Numbered from the stretch's first letter, positions 18,027 through 27,555 are shown. The stretch: 64,000 nt of DNA from SAR202 cluster bacterium (GCA_008373095.1 RQOP01000044.1:2379-66378); one strand, 5' to 3'. Numbers and translations: made by a program. The notes: generated from the sequence alone by a model not told the origin.

Positions 18027-18992
18027 TTATTGATACCTGACACGAGGGTCAAACCACCCGTAAGAGATATCGATTAGTAGATTTACGAAAATGACTGCCA
18101 TTGCGAAGAAAAGTACAATCGATTGAACTATTGGAAAGTCTCTCGATAGCATTCCTTCTAGAATGAACCCGCCCAATCCTGGCATTGAGAATACCCTTTC
18201 CATGACGACTGAACCACCTAATGATAAGGCAGTTGTTATTCCAATTACGGTTATTACAGGTATGAATGCATTTTTTAAAGCATGTCTGGCTGTAACAACG
18301 TATTGTGTCAGTCCCTTTGCTTTCGCTGTGCGAATGTAATCTTGTCTCAAAACTTCAAGCATAGTGGATCGCATCATTCGAGCTTTTGTGGCCGCGCTAA
18401 TATAGCCAAGCATCATGGCTGGCCAGAAATACTGCTGTATGTTTTGCCAAGGTTCTTCGGTTAGTGGGAATGATCCTAATTGAGGATTCCACATGAAGAA
18501 GTAGGCACCACCTAATAGAAGTAATGTTGCACTCCAGAAGGAAGGTAGTGAGAGGCCAGCTAAAGATAGTATACGAATTACATAATCTATCCACGAATTT
18601 TGTTTTAGCGCCATTAGAATGCCAGCGGGCAGCCCTAAGCCTATAGCGATTATTTGTGAGAATATTACTAATTCGAGTGTGACGGGAAACTTTAATTTAA
18701 ACTCCTCAAAAACGTCTCTACCCGTAAAGAGTGAGTCGCCCCAGTCTCCAACCACAAACCCAGTAATCCAACTGAAATACTGGATATGTAATGGATCGTT
18801 GAGCCCTAGCATTTCGCGAATTTCTTCTAGGTCTTCTTCTGAGACGTCTATACCCTCACCGCCTGAATTTGCTTCAGCAATTAGCAGTGCCACGTCTCCT
18901 GGGGCAATTCTTAGCAGAGCGAAAATTAATGCAGAAACAATGAATACAGTTAATGCTCCAAACAGGAGGCGCCTAATCAAATATTCTTTCAT
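18027..18992 (-). CDS. ABC transporter permease (DppB/OppB-like)
   Basis: 321 aa. N-terminal MKEYLIRRLL..., then QDYIRTAKAKGLTQYVVTARHALKNA, typical of OppB/DppB. Confidence 0.85.
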   Translation of the reverse strand: MKEYLIRRLLFGALTVFIVSALIFALLRIAPGDVALLIAEANSGGEGIDVSEEDLEEIREMLGLNDPLHIQYFSWITGFVVGDWGDSLFTGRDVFEEFKLKFPVTLELVIFSQIIAIGLGLPAGILMALKQNSWIDYVIRILSLAGLSLPSFWSATLLLLGGAYFFMWNPQLGSFPLTEEPWQNIQQYFWPAMMLGYISAATKARMMRSTMLEVLRQDYIRTAKAKGLTQYVVTARHALKNAFIPVITVIGITTALSLGGSVVMERVFSMPGLGGFILEGMLSRDFPIVQSIVLFFAMAVIFVNLLIDISYGWFDPRVRYQ

Positions 18993-19095
18993 TTTCCCCT
19001 ACTTTACTTCTATAGTAGCTTTCCGATTGCTGCGAATTATATACAGCAACGCTTTGATTTTTCCATATTAAATCGGTTAATTGTTTTCCGACTTA

Positions 19096-19135
19096 AAAGC
19101 GGCCCCGTTACCATTGTAGGTAGCGAAGCCGCTTT
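19096..19135 (-). promoter_or_regulatory. Intercistronic stem-loop between binding-protein and permease genes
   Basis: AAAGCGGC..CGTTACC-ATTGTA-GGTAGCG..GCCGCTTT: 8 + 7 bp of pairing. On the minus-strand transcript it is followed by UUUUAAG. Likely a partial terminator or mRNA stabiliser. Confidence 0.5.
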
Positions 19136-19193
19136 ATAGATCTCTTACTCTGGCATGAAATATATTAATCTCACCCCAGATACATAAATGCGA

Positions 19194-21221
19194 CTAGTTT
19201 CTATCGAGCCACATCCTCTCCCACTGGGCCCATTTGTTCTGGGATGGGTGAGGGTATAACTGCCAGCCTTTCACTTCGTTCGACCAGCCTGGGAAAATGT
19301 AGGTCCATGGATATGGGATTGAGTACATGGCTTCTGTTGCCAATATTCTCTCAAGCTCATGTACCAGTTCTACACGTTTCGCAACGTCTAGTTCACTTGA
19401 TTGCTCAAGAGCTAGTTTTTCTAGCCTAGCTGCCATTTCTGGATCGGCAACTTCTCGACCAGTACCACGGTAATACCAACTTTCTTTGTCTTTAACCAGG
19501 TGAATCATGTAAAAGTCATCTGGATCAGCAACGTTGGTTCTAACCTTTGAACCATAGTGGATGTCGTAGTCTGCATTCTTGCCTCTTTCGCTTTGTACTG
19601 CGCTTTCAACAGAGGATACAGTTACTTCAACGTCAAGATTTTTCGCCATTTGGTCTTGGAAGTACAGGCACCCATCAATGTACATCTGGGCGCTTTGGGC
19701 CATACATTCTACGCTAAAGCGATTTCCTGCCCCAAGTACTTCGTCAACCAGCCGATTAGCTTCAGCAATATCTGCAACCTTGCCGTCGCCTCTTCTCCAT
19801 CCTGGCATTTCACCTAATTCAGAATCTGGTAGTGACCAAATGCTTCCGGGTGGCATCCACAAGGTGTGTCGATGAACACCAGATACCTCCCCGGCCATGT
19901 TGAAATCAACCCAGTCGTCTCGGTCCATTGCCAAGTGCATTGCCATTCTGATTCGAGCATCGTTGAACGGCTCTCTCTCCATGTTGATTTGGATACCTTT
20001 ACCCCAAGAGTGGAGTGCAGGCATAATCGTAAATTTGTCACTAAACCGTGCATTAATTTGCTCTACGTGAGCTGGCAGTAACGATGCACTACCTTCACCG
20101 TAGTAATCTACCTGCCCGGTTATTAAGGCTGAGAATCTGGCAGTGGCGTCAGTGATAATAAACTGATCTTGCCCCTCAATTAGAGGTAAGCCTTCTCTCC
20201 AGTAGTCAGGGTTTGCCCTGGTTTTGGACTGAACATCAACTTCAAATTCAGTTGGAACAAAAGCTCCGGTGCCTGTACCGAATAAGAAGGTTTCTGGCGT
20301 GGTTTCATCCAAGAGATTAATGTAATCAATTTCTAACTCTGGATGAGTTCCCTCTTGCCTGATGTATTCGATGAAATCCTTGTCCATATTGTTCGGAGAA
20401 CCAAGCATACCTGCGAACTGTGGCAGGGTTCTAGCTAGAGCCTCTCCAAACTCAACTTTGAATGTATAGTCATCAATACAAGAAGATCCAGTGTAGTGCC
20501 CTAGAGCTGCTCTTGGGCCGGAGTGCAATATTCCTTCCGGTGGGTTTAGAGCATACTCCAAGCTTGCCTGCGCATCTTCACAGGTGAAGCTATCTCCAGA
20601 AACAGCTGATTGAATTTCGTCAGGGAGATTGGTATTTGTTTGGAAGTTAATACCTTCTCGTAGCTTAAACACTACTGTCAGCCCTGCGTCTTGTACTTCC
20701 CAAGTCTCTGCTAAGTCGCCTTCAATCTCTCCACCTAAACCTTTCCAAGGATCGTACCTCAAAAGGGCGTTGTAGGTAGGAAGGAACTGAGGTCCTTCAA
20801 AGCTGTGACCATAGTTCGGGTCGTGGCCAATAAGCTTGTGGGATGCTCCATATCGGAAGATCCCTCCCTTCTTTGGCTGGCCCCATGCCGAGTTATAACC
20901 TGGTCCAGACATGTAAAGGTCCATCCAAGTTTGCTCTGCTGCCTTTTGAACTGGCGTTGGTACCGCAGTTGCTTTGGCTTCTTGAGCGACACTCTTTTGC
21001 TCCAAGGCAACTGGTGCCGGAGCCGCTGCTGCAGGAGCCGCAGGCTGTGCAGGAGCTGAAGGTGCTGCTTGAGCTGAGGCTGCCGCTGCCTGTGCAGGAG
21101 CTGCCGCTGCTGGAGCTGCTGGGGCTGCTGCCTCGTCGGCTGCGCATGCCATGAACAGCGAAATAACTGTTATGGCCCCCAACACCATCATAATTCTTGT
21201 TCTCATCCTTATTCCTCCCAT
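19194..21221 (-). CDS. ABC transporter substrate-binding protein, family 5 (peptide/nickel type), probable lipoprotein with Ala/Pro-rich tether
   Basis: 675 aa. Signal peptide ending ...SLFMAC, then a ~45-aa A/P/Q linker, then an SBP_bac_5-like body. Confidence 0.85.
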   Translation of the reverse strand: MGGIRMRTRIMMVLGAITVISLFMACAADEAAAPAAPAAAAPAQAAAASAQAAPSAPAQPAAPAAAAPAPVALEQKSVAQEAKATAVPTPVQKAAEQTWMDLYMSGPGYNSAWGQPKKGGIFRYGASHKLIGHDPNYGHSFEGPQFLPTYNALLRYDPWKGLGGEIEGDLAETWEVQDAGLTVVFKLREGINFQTNTNLPDEIQSAVSGDSFTCEDAQASLEYALNPPEGILHSGPRAALGHYTGSSCIDDYTFKVEFGEALARTLPQFAGMLGSPNNMDKDFIEYIRQEGTHPELEIDYINLLDETTPETFLFGTGTGAFVPTEFEVDVQSKTRANPDYWREGLPLIEGQDQFIITDATARFSALITGQVDYYGEGSASLLPAHVEQINARFSDKFTIMPALHSWGKGIQINMEREPFNDARIRMAMHLAMDRDDWVDFNMAGEVSGVHRHTLWMPPGSIWSLPDSELGEMPGWRRGDGKVADIAEANRLVDEVLGAGNRFSVECMAQSAQMYIDGCLYFQDQMAKNLDVEVTVSSVESAVQSERGKNADYDIHYGSKVRTNVADPDDFYMIHLVKDKESWYYRGTGREVADPEMAARLEKLALEQSSELDVAKRVELVHELERILATEAMYSIPYPWTYIFPGWSNEVKGWQLYPHPSQNKWAQWERMWLDRN
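21006..21143 (-). repeat. Low-complexity Ala/Pro/Gln-coding tract (GC-rich GCNGCN repeats)
   Basis: Encodes AADEAAAPAAPAAAAPAQAAAASAQAAPSAPAQPAAPAAAAPAPVA. It generates several spurious ORFs on both strands in the track. Confidence 0.8.
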
Positions 21222-21435
21222 TTATCCAATGGTTTAGATTCCAAGTCTTCTTTGCAACCAGAAATCTGCAGTCACCTTATATAATGATTGACTGTTGGGG
21301 AACAATAAGGGATAAACTAGATAAGGTCAATCCATATTGGATGCCTGAATCAATTTTTAAATATTTATCTGAGATACCTATGATATGCACGTGCAATTTT
21401 TTTATGCCAAAACAGCCTAATGTAGCAACAATTCA

Positions 21436-22839
21436 GTGAAAACATTGGCTATATGCCCTGGATGTGGGCGAAGTAATGATTTAGACCGGCTTTTTTGCCC
21501 TCATTGCAGAAGTTCTCTAAGCCGGGGCCGTGCAGTTGCTGAAGAAGAAGCCGATCAAATCGAATCTGATCGAATTGAAACATTGAGCAAAGCAAGAAAG
21601 AGAAATAGATTTTTGAAACTTGCGTTCCTGTCTGCAGTGCTAATTGCTATTGTGTTGATCATTTGGAGTCCAGGGAATCAGACTAAGGAACCTACAACGG
21701 ACCTCTCTGCCAAGCCTTCGGGGTATTCTTGGAATATGTATCAAGGCGGGCCGTCTCTGTCTGGTAGTAGAGATGTAAACCAATTGACCATAACAACAGA
21801 CGAGGCAGAGATAGCATGGACATATCAGGCCCAAGGGGCCATATCCTCATCGCCAGCAGTGACCGAAGAGTCAGTTTATGTGAGCACAGATGATAGGAGA
21901 ATTGTTGCTCTAGATCGCGGAACGGGTCTTCTCCTATGGGAATATCCAGCTGAGGCACCGACTGATTCTTCTCCGGCTGTCGCAGGTGATCTGCTTTATG
22001 TTGCACTTAGAGAAGGCAAATTTGTTGCCTTGGATAGATTCACAGGGGCGGAAATTTGGCATTTTCAAAGCGAGGAGCCCTTCTTCTCATCACCGACCAT
22101 TCATAATGGCATTGCGTATATAGGATCTGGCGATAAAAATTTTTATGCTTTTGATGCGATTACGGGAGATCAAATTTGGATATACAACGCGGGCTCAAGA
22201 ATCGTGAACGCAGGGGTTGTGAATGAAAAAGTTGTAGCTTTTACTACACAGGACAATGTCGTTCATATCCTGGATGCTTTGAGTGGAGACTTACGACTTG
22301 ATTACCCGATTGGTTCCTCCTATAGTGCCCCAGCCATGGACGGGAAACTGCTATTTGTGACGGATTTGGATGGAATGGTAAGGGCGATTGATTGGACGAA
22401 GATTCAGTATCCAATGGAGAAAACGGCTCGCCGATTCAGAATGACAATGTTTTTATGGGGCTTCGAGGATACTCCACCAGTGATGAAGGGATTTGTATGG
22501 AAAAGAAGAACGAAGGAAGTTTTCCAAAACACCCCAACGGTTGGAAACGGGATGATTTATGTCCCATCTCTAGACGGGAGTGTCTATAAGCTAAGTGCCT
22601 CAACAGGAAAACCGCAGTGGGTATATGAAACTGAAGGTACGATTTCGGAATCGGTTTCGGTCATTGGAAATACGATGCTGCTGGGAGATTCCACAGGAAA
22701 AGTACATGGGGTGGATATAGAAAGTGGAGAGAAGGTATGGGGTATTCAATTGGATGGCCATGTTTCCTCAACTCCGGTCGTTTCGGGCGACACCCTATTT
22801 GTGGCCACGCAGAATGGCTCAATATACGCGGTTAAATAG
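21436..22839 (+). CDS. Membrane-anchored PQQ-like beta-propeller repeat protein with N-terminal zinc ribbon
   Basis: 467 aa. CPGCG...FCPHC, one TM helix (FLKLAFLSAVLIAIVLIIW), then repeated ...A.D..tG..lW... propeller blades. GTG start. Confidence 0.7.
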   Translation: MKTLAICPGCGRSNDLDRLFCPHCRSSLSRGRAVAEEEADQIESDRIETLSKARKRNRFLKLAFLSAVLIAIVLIIWSPGNQTKEPTTDLSAKPSGYSWNMYQGGPSLSGSRDVNQLTITTDEAEIAWTYQAQGAISSSPAVTEESVYVSTDDRRIVALDRGTGLLLWEYPAEAPTDSSPAVAGDLLYVALREGKFVALDRFTGAEIWHFQSEEPFFSSPTIHNGIAYIGSGDKNFYAFDAITGDQIWIYNAGSRIVNAGVVNEKVVAFTTQDNVVHILDALSGDLRLDYPIGSSYSAPAMDGKLLFVTDLDGMVRAIDWTKIQYPMEKTARRFRMTMFLWGFEDTPPVMKGFVWKRRTKEVFQNTPTVGNGMIYVPSLDGSVYKLSASTGKPQWVYETEGTISESVSVIGNTMLLGDSTGKVHGVDIESGEKVWGIQLDGHVSSTPVVSGDTLFVATQNGSIYAVK

Positions 22840-22863
22840 GCAGATATTGGAGGGGATAAGAGG

Positions 22864-23403
22864 GTGGCAGATATAACAGTTGATGAATTTACAGTCTATT
22901 TAAAAAATCGCAAAGAGGCTTCAGGCCTTAATTTATCTGGTCTTGATTTGTCTAATATGCTGATTCGGGACCTCAATTTACGAGGGGCCAACCTTAGCTA
23001 TTGTGATCTTTCTCGATCTGATCTCAGTGGCTCAGATTTAACAAGAGCCAATTTGAGAGGGGCTAATTTAGATAAGGCAATCCTTAGAAATACTGTTTTT
23101 GTTAGAGCAAATTTGACCGTGGCGGATATCAAAGAAGCGGATTTAAGAGATGCTGATTTTACGGGGGCTAACCTGAGCGGAGCCGCGTCGAATTCTGGTC
23201 AAAGTACAGCTAGAGTCATAGGGGCGAATTTACATAAAGCTAACGCTCAAAATGCAGATTTCACTAATGCGATTCTTGTTAGAGTTAACTTTAATTCCGC
23301 TCATTTATACGGTGCTAAATTTCATGGGGCGAACATAACAAGAATGTCATTACAGGGTGCTAACTATGACATCGATGCATTCGACCACGCAATCGGTGTT
23401 TGA
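22864..23403 (+). CDS. Pentapeptide-repeat protein
   Basis: 179 aa of A(D/N)LxG/A-type pentapeptide repeats (ANLSYCDLSRSDLSGSDLTRANLRGANL...). Confidence 0.85.
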   Translation: MADITVDEFTVYLKNRKEASGLNLSGLDLSNMLIRDLNLRGANLSYCDLSRSDLSGSDLTRANLRGANLDKAILRNTVFVRANLTVADIKEADLRDADFTGANLSGAASNSGQSTARVIGANLHKANAQNADFTNAILVRVNFNSAHLYGAKFHGANITRMSLQGANYDIDAFDHAIGV

Positions 23404-24047
23404 TAACGATGAGGAAGCTGCTGCTAGAATTATTGAGGTTAGATAAATCGAGAGGTGCAGAAGAATTGAGTGGTCGGTCTGATATTCCCCAATTAGTTAT
23501 TTTAGGAATAGGTAATCCTGGGCCAAAGTACCAACAAACCCGCCATAATGCTGGGTTTTGGGTGATTGAAACTCTCGCTGGTACGTTGGGTCTTGAGTTG
23601 AAAAGAAGTCACAAATCTACTCTCATGGCATCAGGATCACTGGCTGGTACCAATGTAGTAATCGCCAAACCGAGGACCTATGTTAATTTGAGTGGTGAAT
23701 CAGCCTCCTATCTACTCAATCGATTTTCTCTTCCAGCAGAAAAATTGCTCGTAGTGTATGACGATATCCACATAGACGTGGGTAAGATGAGGCTAAGGGC
23801 AGCAGGCAGTGCTGGAGGCCACAATGGGATAAGGTCAATAATCGACTCTTTGAATACTCAGGACTTCCCTAGGTTGAGGATTGGGGTCGGAAGGCCTGAG
23901 GCAGGTGAAGACCAGATTGGATATGTGTTAGGTGTTCCCTCTGAACATGAAAAAGAAACTCTTTTGAAATGCATCTCGGATGCTTTGGCATGTATTGAGA
24001 CTTTATTGACGGAAAATATCGATGTCGCTATGGATCGCTTCAATTAA
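23400..24047 (+). CDS. pth: Peptidyl-tRNA hydrolase
   Basis: LVILGIGNPGPKYQQTRHNAGF, AKPRTYVNLSGES and GGHNGIRSI motifs. About 30-aa N-terminal extension if TTG 23400 or ATG 23409 is used. 4-nt overlap with the upstream gene. Confidence 0.9.
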   Translation: MITMRKLLLELLRLDKSRGAEELSGRSDIPQLVILGIGNPGPKYQQTRHNAGFWVIETLAGTLGLELKRSHKSTLMASGSLAGTNVVIAKPRTYVNLSGESASYLLNRFSLPAEKLLVVYDDIHIDVGKMRLRAAGSAGGHNGIRSIIDSLNTQDFPRLRIGVGRPEAGEDQIGYVLGVPSEHEKETLLKCISDALACIETLLTENIDVAMDRFN

Positions 24048-24074
24048 AAAGTTTTGCAAATGTAGAGCTTTGCT

Positions 24075-25928
24075 TTGAAAGCTCTGAAACATAATTGGGT
24101 TGCTTTTGTTTTACTAGTTTTTTCCTTCCTTTTGTCTTTTTCGTGTGTAAGAAACGACAGATCCATAGAGATAGAGATTTTGCCTGAAGGCTCCGACTCG
24201 AAGACTTTATTTTTTTTCGATCAGTTAGATTTCGCGGCAGCACCTCCAGATAGAGACCTCAAAATTCTTGCAGTGCAGTATGGCCGTGAACCAAATGAAA
24301 ACCTCGCAGCCGACGAAAGCATTAATAATAAGGATCAGGATGTAGGCGACAGGGAGCAATTTGTAGTTACAGATTTGTCCTCTACCCACACCTACGGAGT
24401 CGAGGCTGAGTTAGTCAGCATGACCGATAGTGCCCTTTGGTATGTTGATATTGAAAGCGATGTTGATAGGTATCTGTATAAGACTGCTGCGACACAATGG
24501 GAAGCCATATATAAAAATCATTTTTCAAAAACTGAAATCCCCAGAATTACCATTTTAAATACAGCAATACAGGGTGCAGCCGGGTACTTCAGCGACATAG
24601 ATTCTTACCCTCGGTGGGTTCATGCAAATAGCAATCAGCGCCCGATGATATACATTGATCCCCATAGGAATAATCCTGATTCGAATAGGTATATGTCGGT
24701 GTTGATTCATGAATTTCAGCATCTAATTCACAATTTTTCCGATGCGGGAGAAGAAGCTTGGGTAGATGAGGGATTAGCAGAATTGGTAGTAAGAAATGTG
24801 GGCTATGAAACTCCACTAGAGCGGTATTTTTTGATAAATCCAGATACACAGTTGAATTTCTGGCCGGCAGAACCTCGCAGAACTCCCGCACATTATGGCG
24901 CATCTTCTTTGTTCTTTGAGTTTGTATTTGGAGAAATCGGAAACACCACTTCTTTGGAAAGTCTGATGAAAGAACCTCTTGATGGTATCGCTGGTGTAGA
25001 AAGTTGGTTGAGTAAAAACGGAACTAATTTCCATGAGGAATTTAGGAAATGGGTTGTTGCTAACTATTTAGGATTAGGGTTTGATGAATTTTCATACCCT
25101 CGGAGAAACCTTGGATTAAAGGGCGGGATAGATGAATTGGAGATGGGAGAAAGTACTTATCAAGTTTCTCAATATGGAACTCGCTATTTTGAGACCAATG
25201 AAAAAGATATCAAGATAATGTTCAAAGGAAATCGGGTTGTAGACCGTTTCAAAACTCGATGCACCAATATGTGTTGGTGGTCCAATAAAGGGGATTCAAT
25301 AGATTCGTCCTTGATGTTGAAGATCGATTTAACAACTACTAAAAATCCAATGCTACATTTCGATCTTTGGCACGACATTGAAGAAGGGTGGGATTATGGT
25401 TATATATCCGTTTCCAGTGACCAAGGAAAAAGTTGGAGAACTCTAGAGACATTGGGAACGACCACCTTCAATCCTGTTGGGGCTAGCTACGGATACGGGT
25501 ATTCTGGGCAATCAGATTGGATTTCGCATACTGTCCCTTTGGCTGATTTTATTAGCAAAGAAATACAGATCAAATTTCAATATGTTACGGATGCTGCAGT
25601 TCATCTTGATGGGATGCTAATTGAAAACATTAGATTAACTGACACGAATATCGATTCGATCGATCAAAAGGTGGAATTTGACCCCGCTGGGTTCGTGTTG
25701 GTGGATGGGAGCATCAGGCAGAATTTTCTTTTCCAAATCATAAAGGAATTGGCAAGCGGCAAACATGTAGTTGATAATGTTCCGCTAGATGAGCTTAATG
25801 AAGCTGTATACTCAATACCCAAAGATGAAAACTTGGCTGGGATAACAATTGTCATTTCTGGTATGAGTGGACTTACCCAGCAACCAGGGATTTTCGATCT
25901 TGTGGTTTCCAAAGTTCTTGATAAATAG
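24075..25928 (+). CDS. Secreted/lipoprotein zinc metalloprotease (HExxH; immune-inhibitor-A/M6-like)
   Basis: 617 aa. Signal peptide ending LSFSC, zinc site VLIHEFQHLIH...EEAWVDEGLAE, C-terminal WDYGYISVSSDQGKSW region as in M6-type enzymes. Family assignment tentative. Confidence 0.6.
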   Translation: MKALKHNWVAFVLLVFSFLLSFSCVRNDRSIEIEILPEGSDSKTLFFFDQLDFAAAPPDRDLKILAVQYGREPNENLAADESINNKDQDVGDREQFVVTDLSSTHTYGVEAELVSMTDSALWYVDIESDVDRYLYKTAATQWEAIYKNHFSKTEIPRITILNTAIQGAAGYFSDIDSYPRWVHANSNQRPMIYIDPHRNNPDSNRYMSVLIHEFQHLIHNFSDAGEEAWVDEGLAELVVRNVGYETPLERYFLINPDTQLNFWPAEPRRTPAHYGASSLFFEFVFGEIGNTTSLESLMKEPLDGIAGVESWLSKNGTNFHEEFRKWVVANYLGLGFDEFSYPRRNLGLKGGIDELEMGESTYQVSQYGTRYFETNEKDIKIMFKGNRVVDRFKTRCTNMCWWSNKGDSIDSSLMLKIDLTTTKNPMLHFDLWHDIEEGWDYGYISVSSDQGKSWRTLETLGTTTFNPVGASYGYGYSGQSDWISHTVPLADFISKEIQIKFQYVTDAAVHLDGMLIENIRLTDTNIDSIDQKVEFDPAGFVLVDGSIRQNFLFQIIKELASGKHVVDNVPLDELNEAVYSIPKDENLAGITIVISGMSGLTQQPGIFDLVVSKVLDK

Positions 25929-25990
25929 CCACTTGCTACTAGCTCGCGACACTTTAGTAAGTATTGATAACGATCGGGCGTGATTTCTAA

Positions 25991-27478
25991 TTGAATGTAG
26001 ATAACAATAAAACAGGTGTTGCCACTCGCTATAAGTGGTTCGTTTATGCATCGGTTGCGGCCGGGGCATTTTTGACCGTCTCTGATCAAACTGGAACCAA
26101 TATTGCAATGCCTAGGATTGCAGAAGATCTTTCTGCTGATATACCTACAGTGCAATGGGTATACCTGATATACACGTTATCAATTAGCTCATTACTATTG
26201 CCGATGGGACGATTGTCAGATTTAGTAGGACGGAAAATGGTCTACTGTGTAGGGTTGGCGATTTTTTCAATAGGGGCCCTCGTAGCCTACCTATCTGGTA
26301 TATTGCCCATTCTATTAGCAGCGAAAGCTTTTCAAGGCTTTGGGGCAGCGATGATACAGGCTAATGGCATGGCCCTTATGGCAGAATCCTTTCCTAGTGC
26401 AGAAAGAGGTAAGGCACTAGGTCTCTACATGACTGTGATTGGCTTAGGAGCTACTGGTGGTCCCGTTATTGGGGGGTACCTAATAGGTGCTTTTGGATGG
26501 CGTTCAATGTATTTGGCTATTTTGATCTTTGGAATCATATCGTTGGTACTTTCCCTTAAAATATTGAAAAAGGAAAACGTATCTTCTAATGGCAAAGCCC
26601 TATCTTTTGATTGGATAGGGGCAACTTTATCCGCTGCAGCTTTAGCTTTGTTTCTACTAGGCCTTACCTACTCTTACAGGTTGGGATGGGGCAATTTGTT
26701 GGTAATTGCTGGATTTTTATTGTCAGCTTTATCTCTGTTTGGATTTATTTGGTGGGAGAAACGAATCAAGAATCCCTTGGTTGATTTGTCCTTGTTTTCG
26801 GTACCAGTTTTTTCATTGGGAATGGCTGCAAGGTACTTGGCTTTTATGTCGGGCTCGTCAGCCTTCTTCTTGATGCCATTTTATTTAATTCAAGTTGTTG
26901 GATTGAAAGAATCAGAGGCGGCTCTGGTTATGGCACCAAGTTCAATCATGATGGCCATTACAAGTCCACTTAGTGGTAGATTGTCGGACAAGATTGGTAC
27001 TAAATGGCCAGCGGTTGCAGGATTGGTGTGTTGGTCTTCCGCTATAGCTATATACACTACCCTGTCGGTGGGTTCACCTCCTTGGATTGTTGTTATAGGT
27101 ATGTTTCTGCAAGGTTCTGGTAATGGAATATTTGGTTCTCCAAACACGAGTGCTGTGATGAATGTGGTTGATTCAAACAAATATGGTGTTGTATCAGCTC
27201 TACTTAATATGGTCCGAACCTCTGGTAATTTAACTGGAATAGCAATGGGTACTACTTTGGTTGTTTTCACCATGGCTTCTATGAACTATCCGCCAGATCT
27301 ATCTGCGATTGAATCCGCGGGAGACAATGCATACGGGACAGGTTTAAAAACGGCATTCACTGAAGGCATTACCAGGGCATTCTGGATTGGTACCGGTATT
27401 GTAGGATTTGCGGCTTTATTTACTGCATTTAGGCCAGAAAAACCCATAAGAAGGAAAAAAATTAACAAGACTCTTTAA
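25991..27478 (+). CDS. MFS transporter, DHA2 family (paralog of 13753..15273)
   Basis: 495 aa. MGRLSDLVGRKM and FQGFGAAMIQANGMAL motifs, 14 predicted TMS. Non-ATG start in the track. Confidence 0.85.
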   Translation: MNVDNNKTGVATRYKWFVYASVAAGAFLTVSDQTGTNIAMPRIAEDLSADIPTVQWVYLIYTLSISSLLLPMGRLSDLVGRKMVYCVGLAIFSIGALVAYLSGILPILLAAKAFQGFGAAMIQANGMALMAESFPSAERGKALGLYMTVIGLGATGGPVIGGYLIGAFGWRSMYLAILIFGIISLVLSLKILKKENVSSNGKALSFDWIGATLSAAALALFLLGLTYSYRLGWGNLLVIAGFLLSALSLFGFIWWEKRIKNPLVDLSLFSVPVFSLGMAARYLAFMSGSSAFFLMPFYLIQVVGLKESEAALVMAPSSIMMAITSPLSGRLSDKIGTKWPAVAGLVCWSSAIAIYTTLSVGSPPWIVVIGMFLQGSGNGIFGSPNTSAVMNVVDSNKYGVVSALLNMVRTSGNLTGIAMGTTLVVFTMASMNYPPDLSAIESAGDNAYGTGLKTAFTEGITRAFWIGTGIVGFAALFTAFRPEKPIRRKKINKTL

Positions 27479-27555
27479 GTGCCTGTTATACTTTGTTGTC
27501 AATATCGGGATATGTGATATCAAGATTATTAAAAGGATCGAAGTGGGATTGATAT

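Noticed and set aside
17513-18040. Long antisense ORFs inside well-supported genes. Examples: 17513..18040, 2766..3131, 13844..14290, 18619..19071, 25664..26155, 46826..47218, 47455..47850, 48856..49251, 50785..51306, 52984..53385, 53919..54404
   Set aside because: Each lies entirely opposite a gene with strong family motifs. The translations are compositionally odd (Pro/Ser/Ile-rich) with no recognisable domains. These are typical shadow ORFs.
20759-21154. Cluster of 80-100-aa ORFs on both strands (20759..21010, 20805..21059, 20843..21154, 20893..21147) with Ser/Gly/Cys- or Leu/Pro-rich products
   Set aside because: They are frame shadows of the GC-rich Ala/Pro-linker coding tract of the binding-protein gene. 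They have low-complexity translations and lack independent start contexts.
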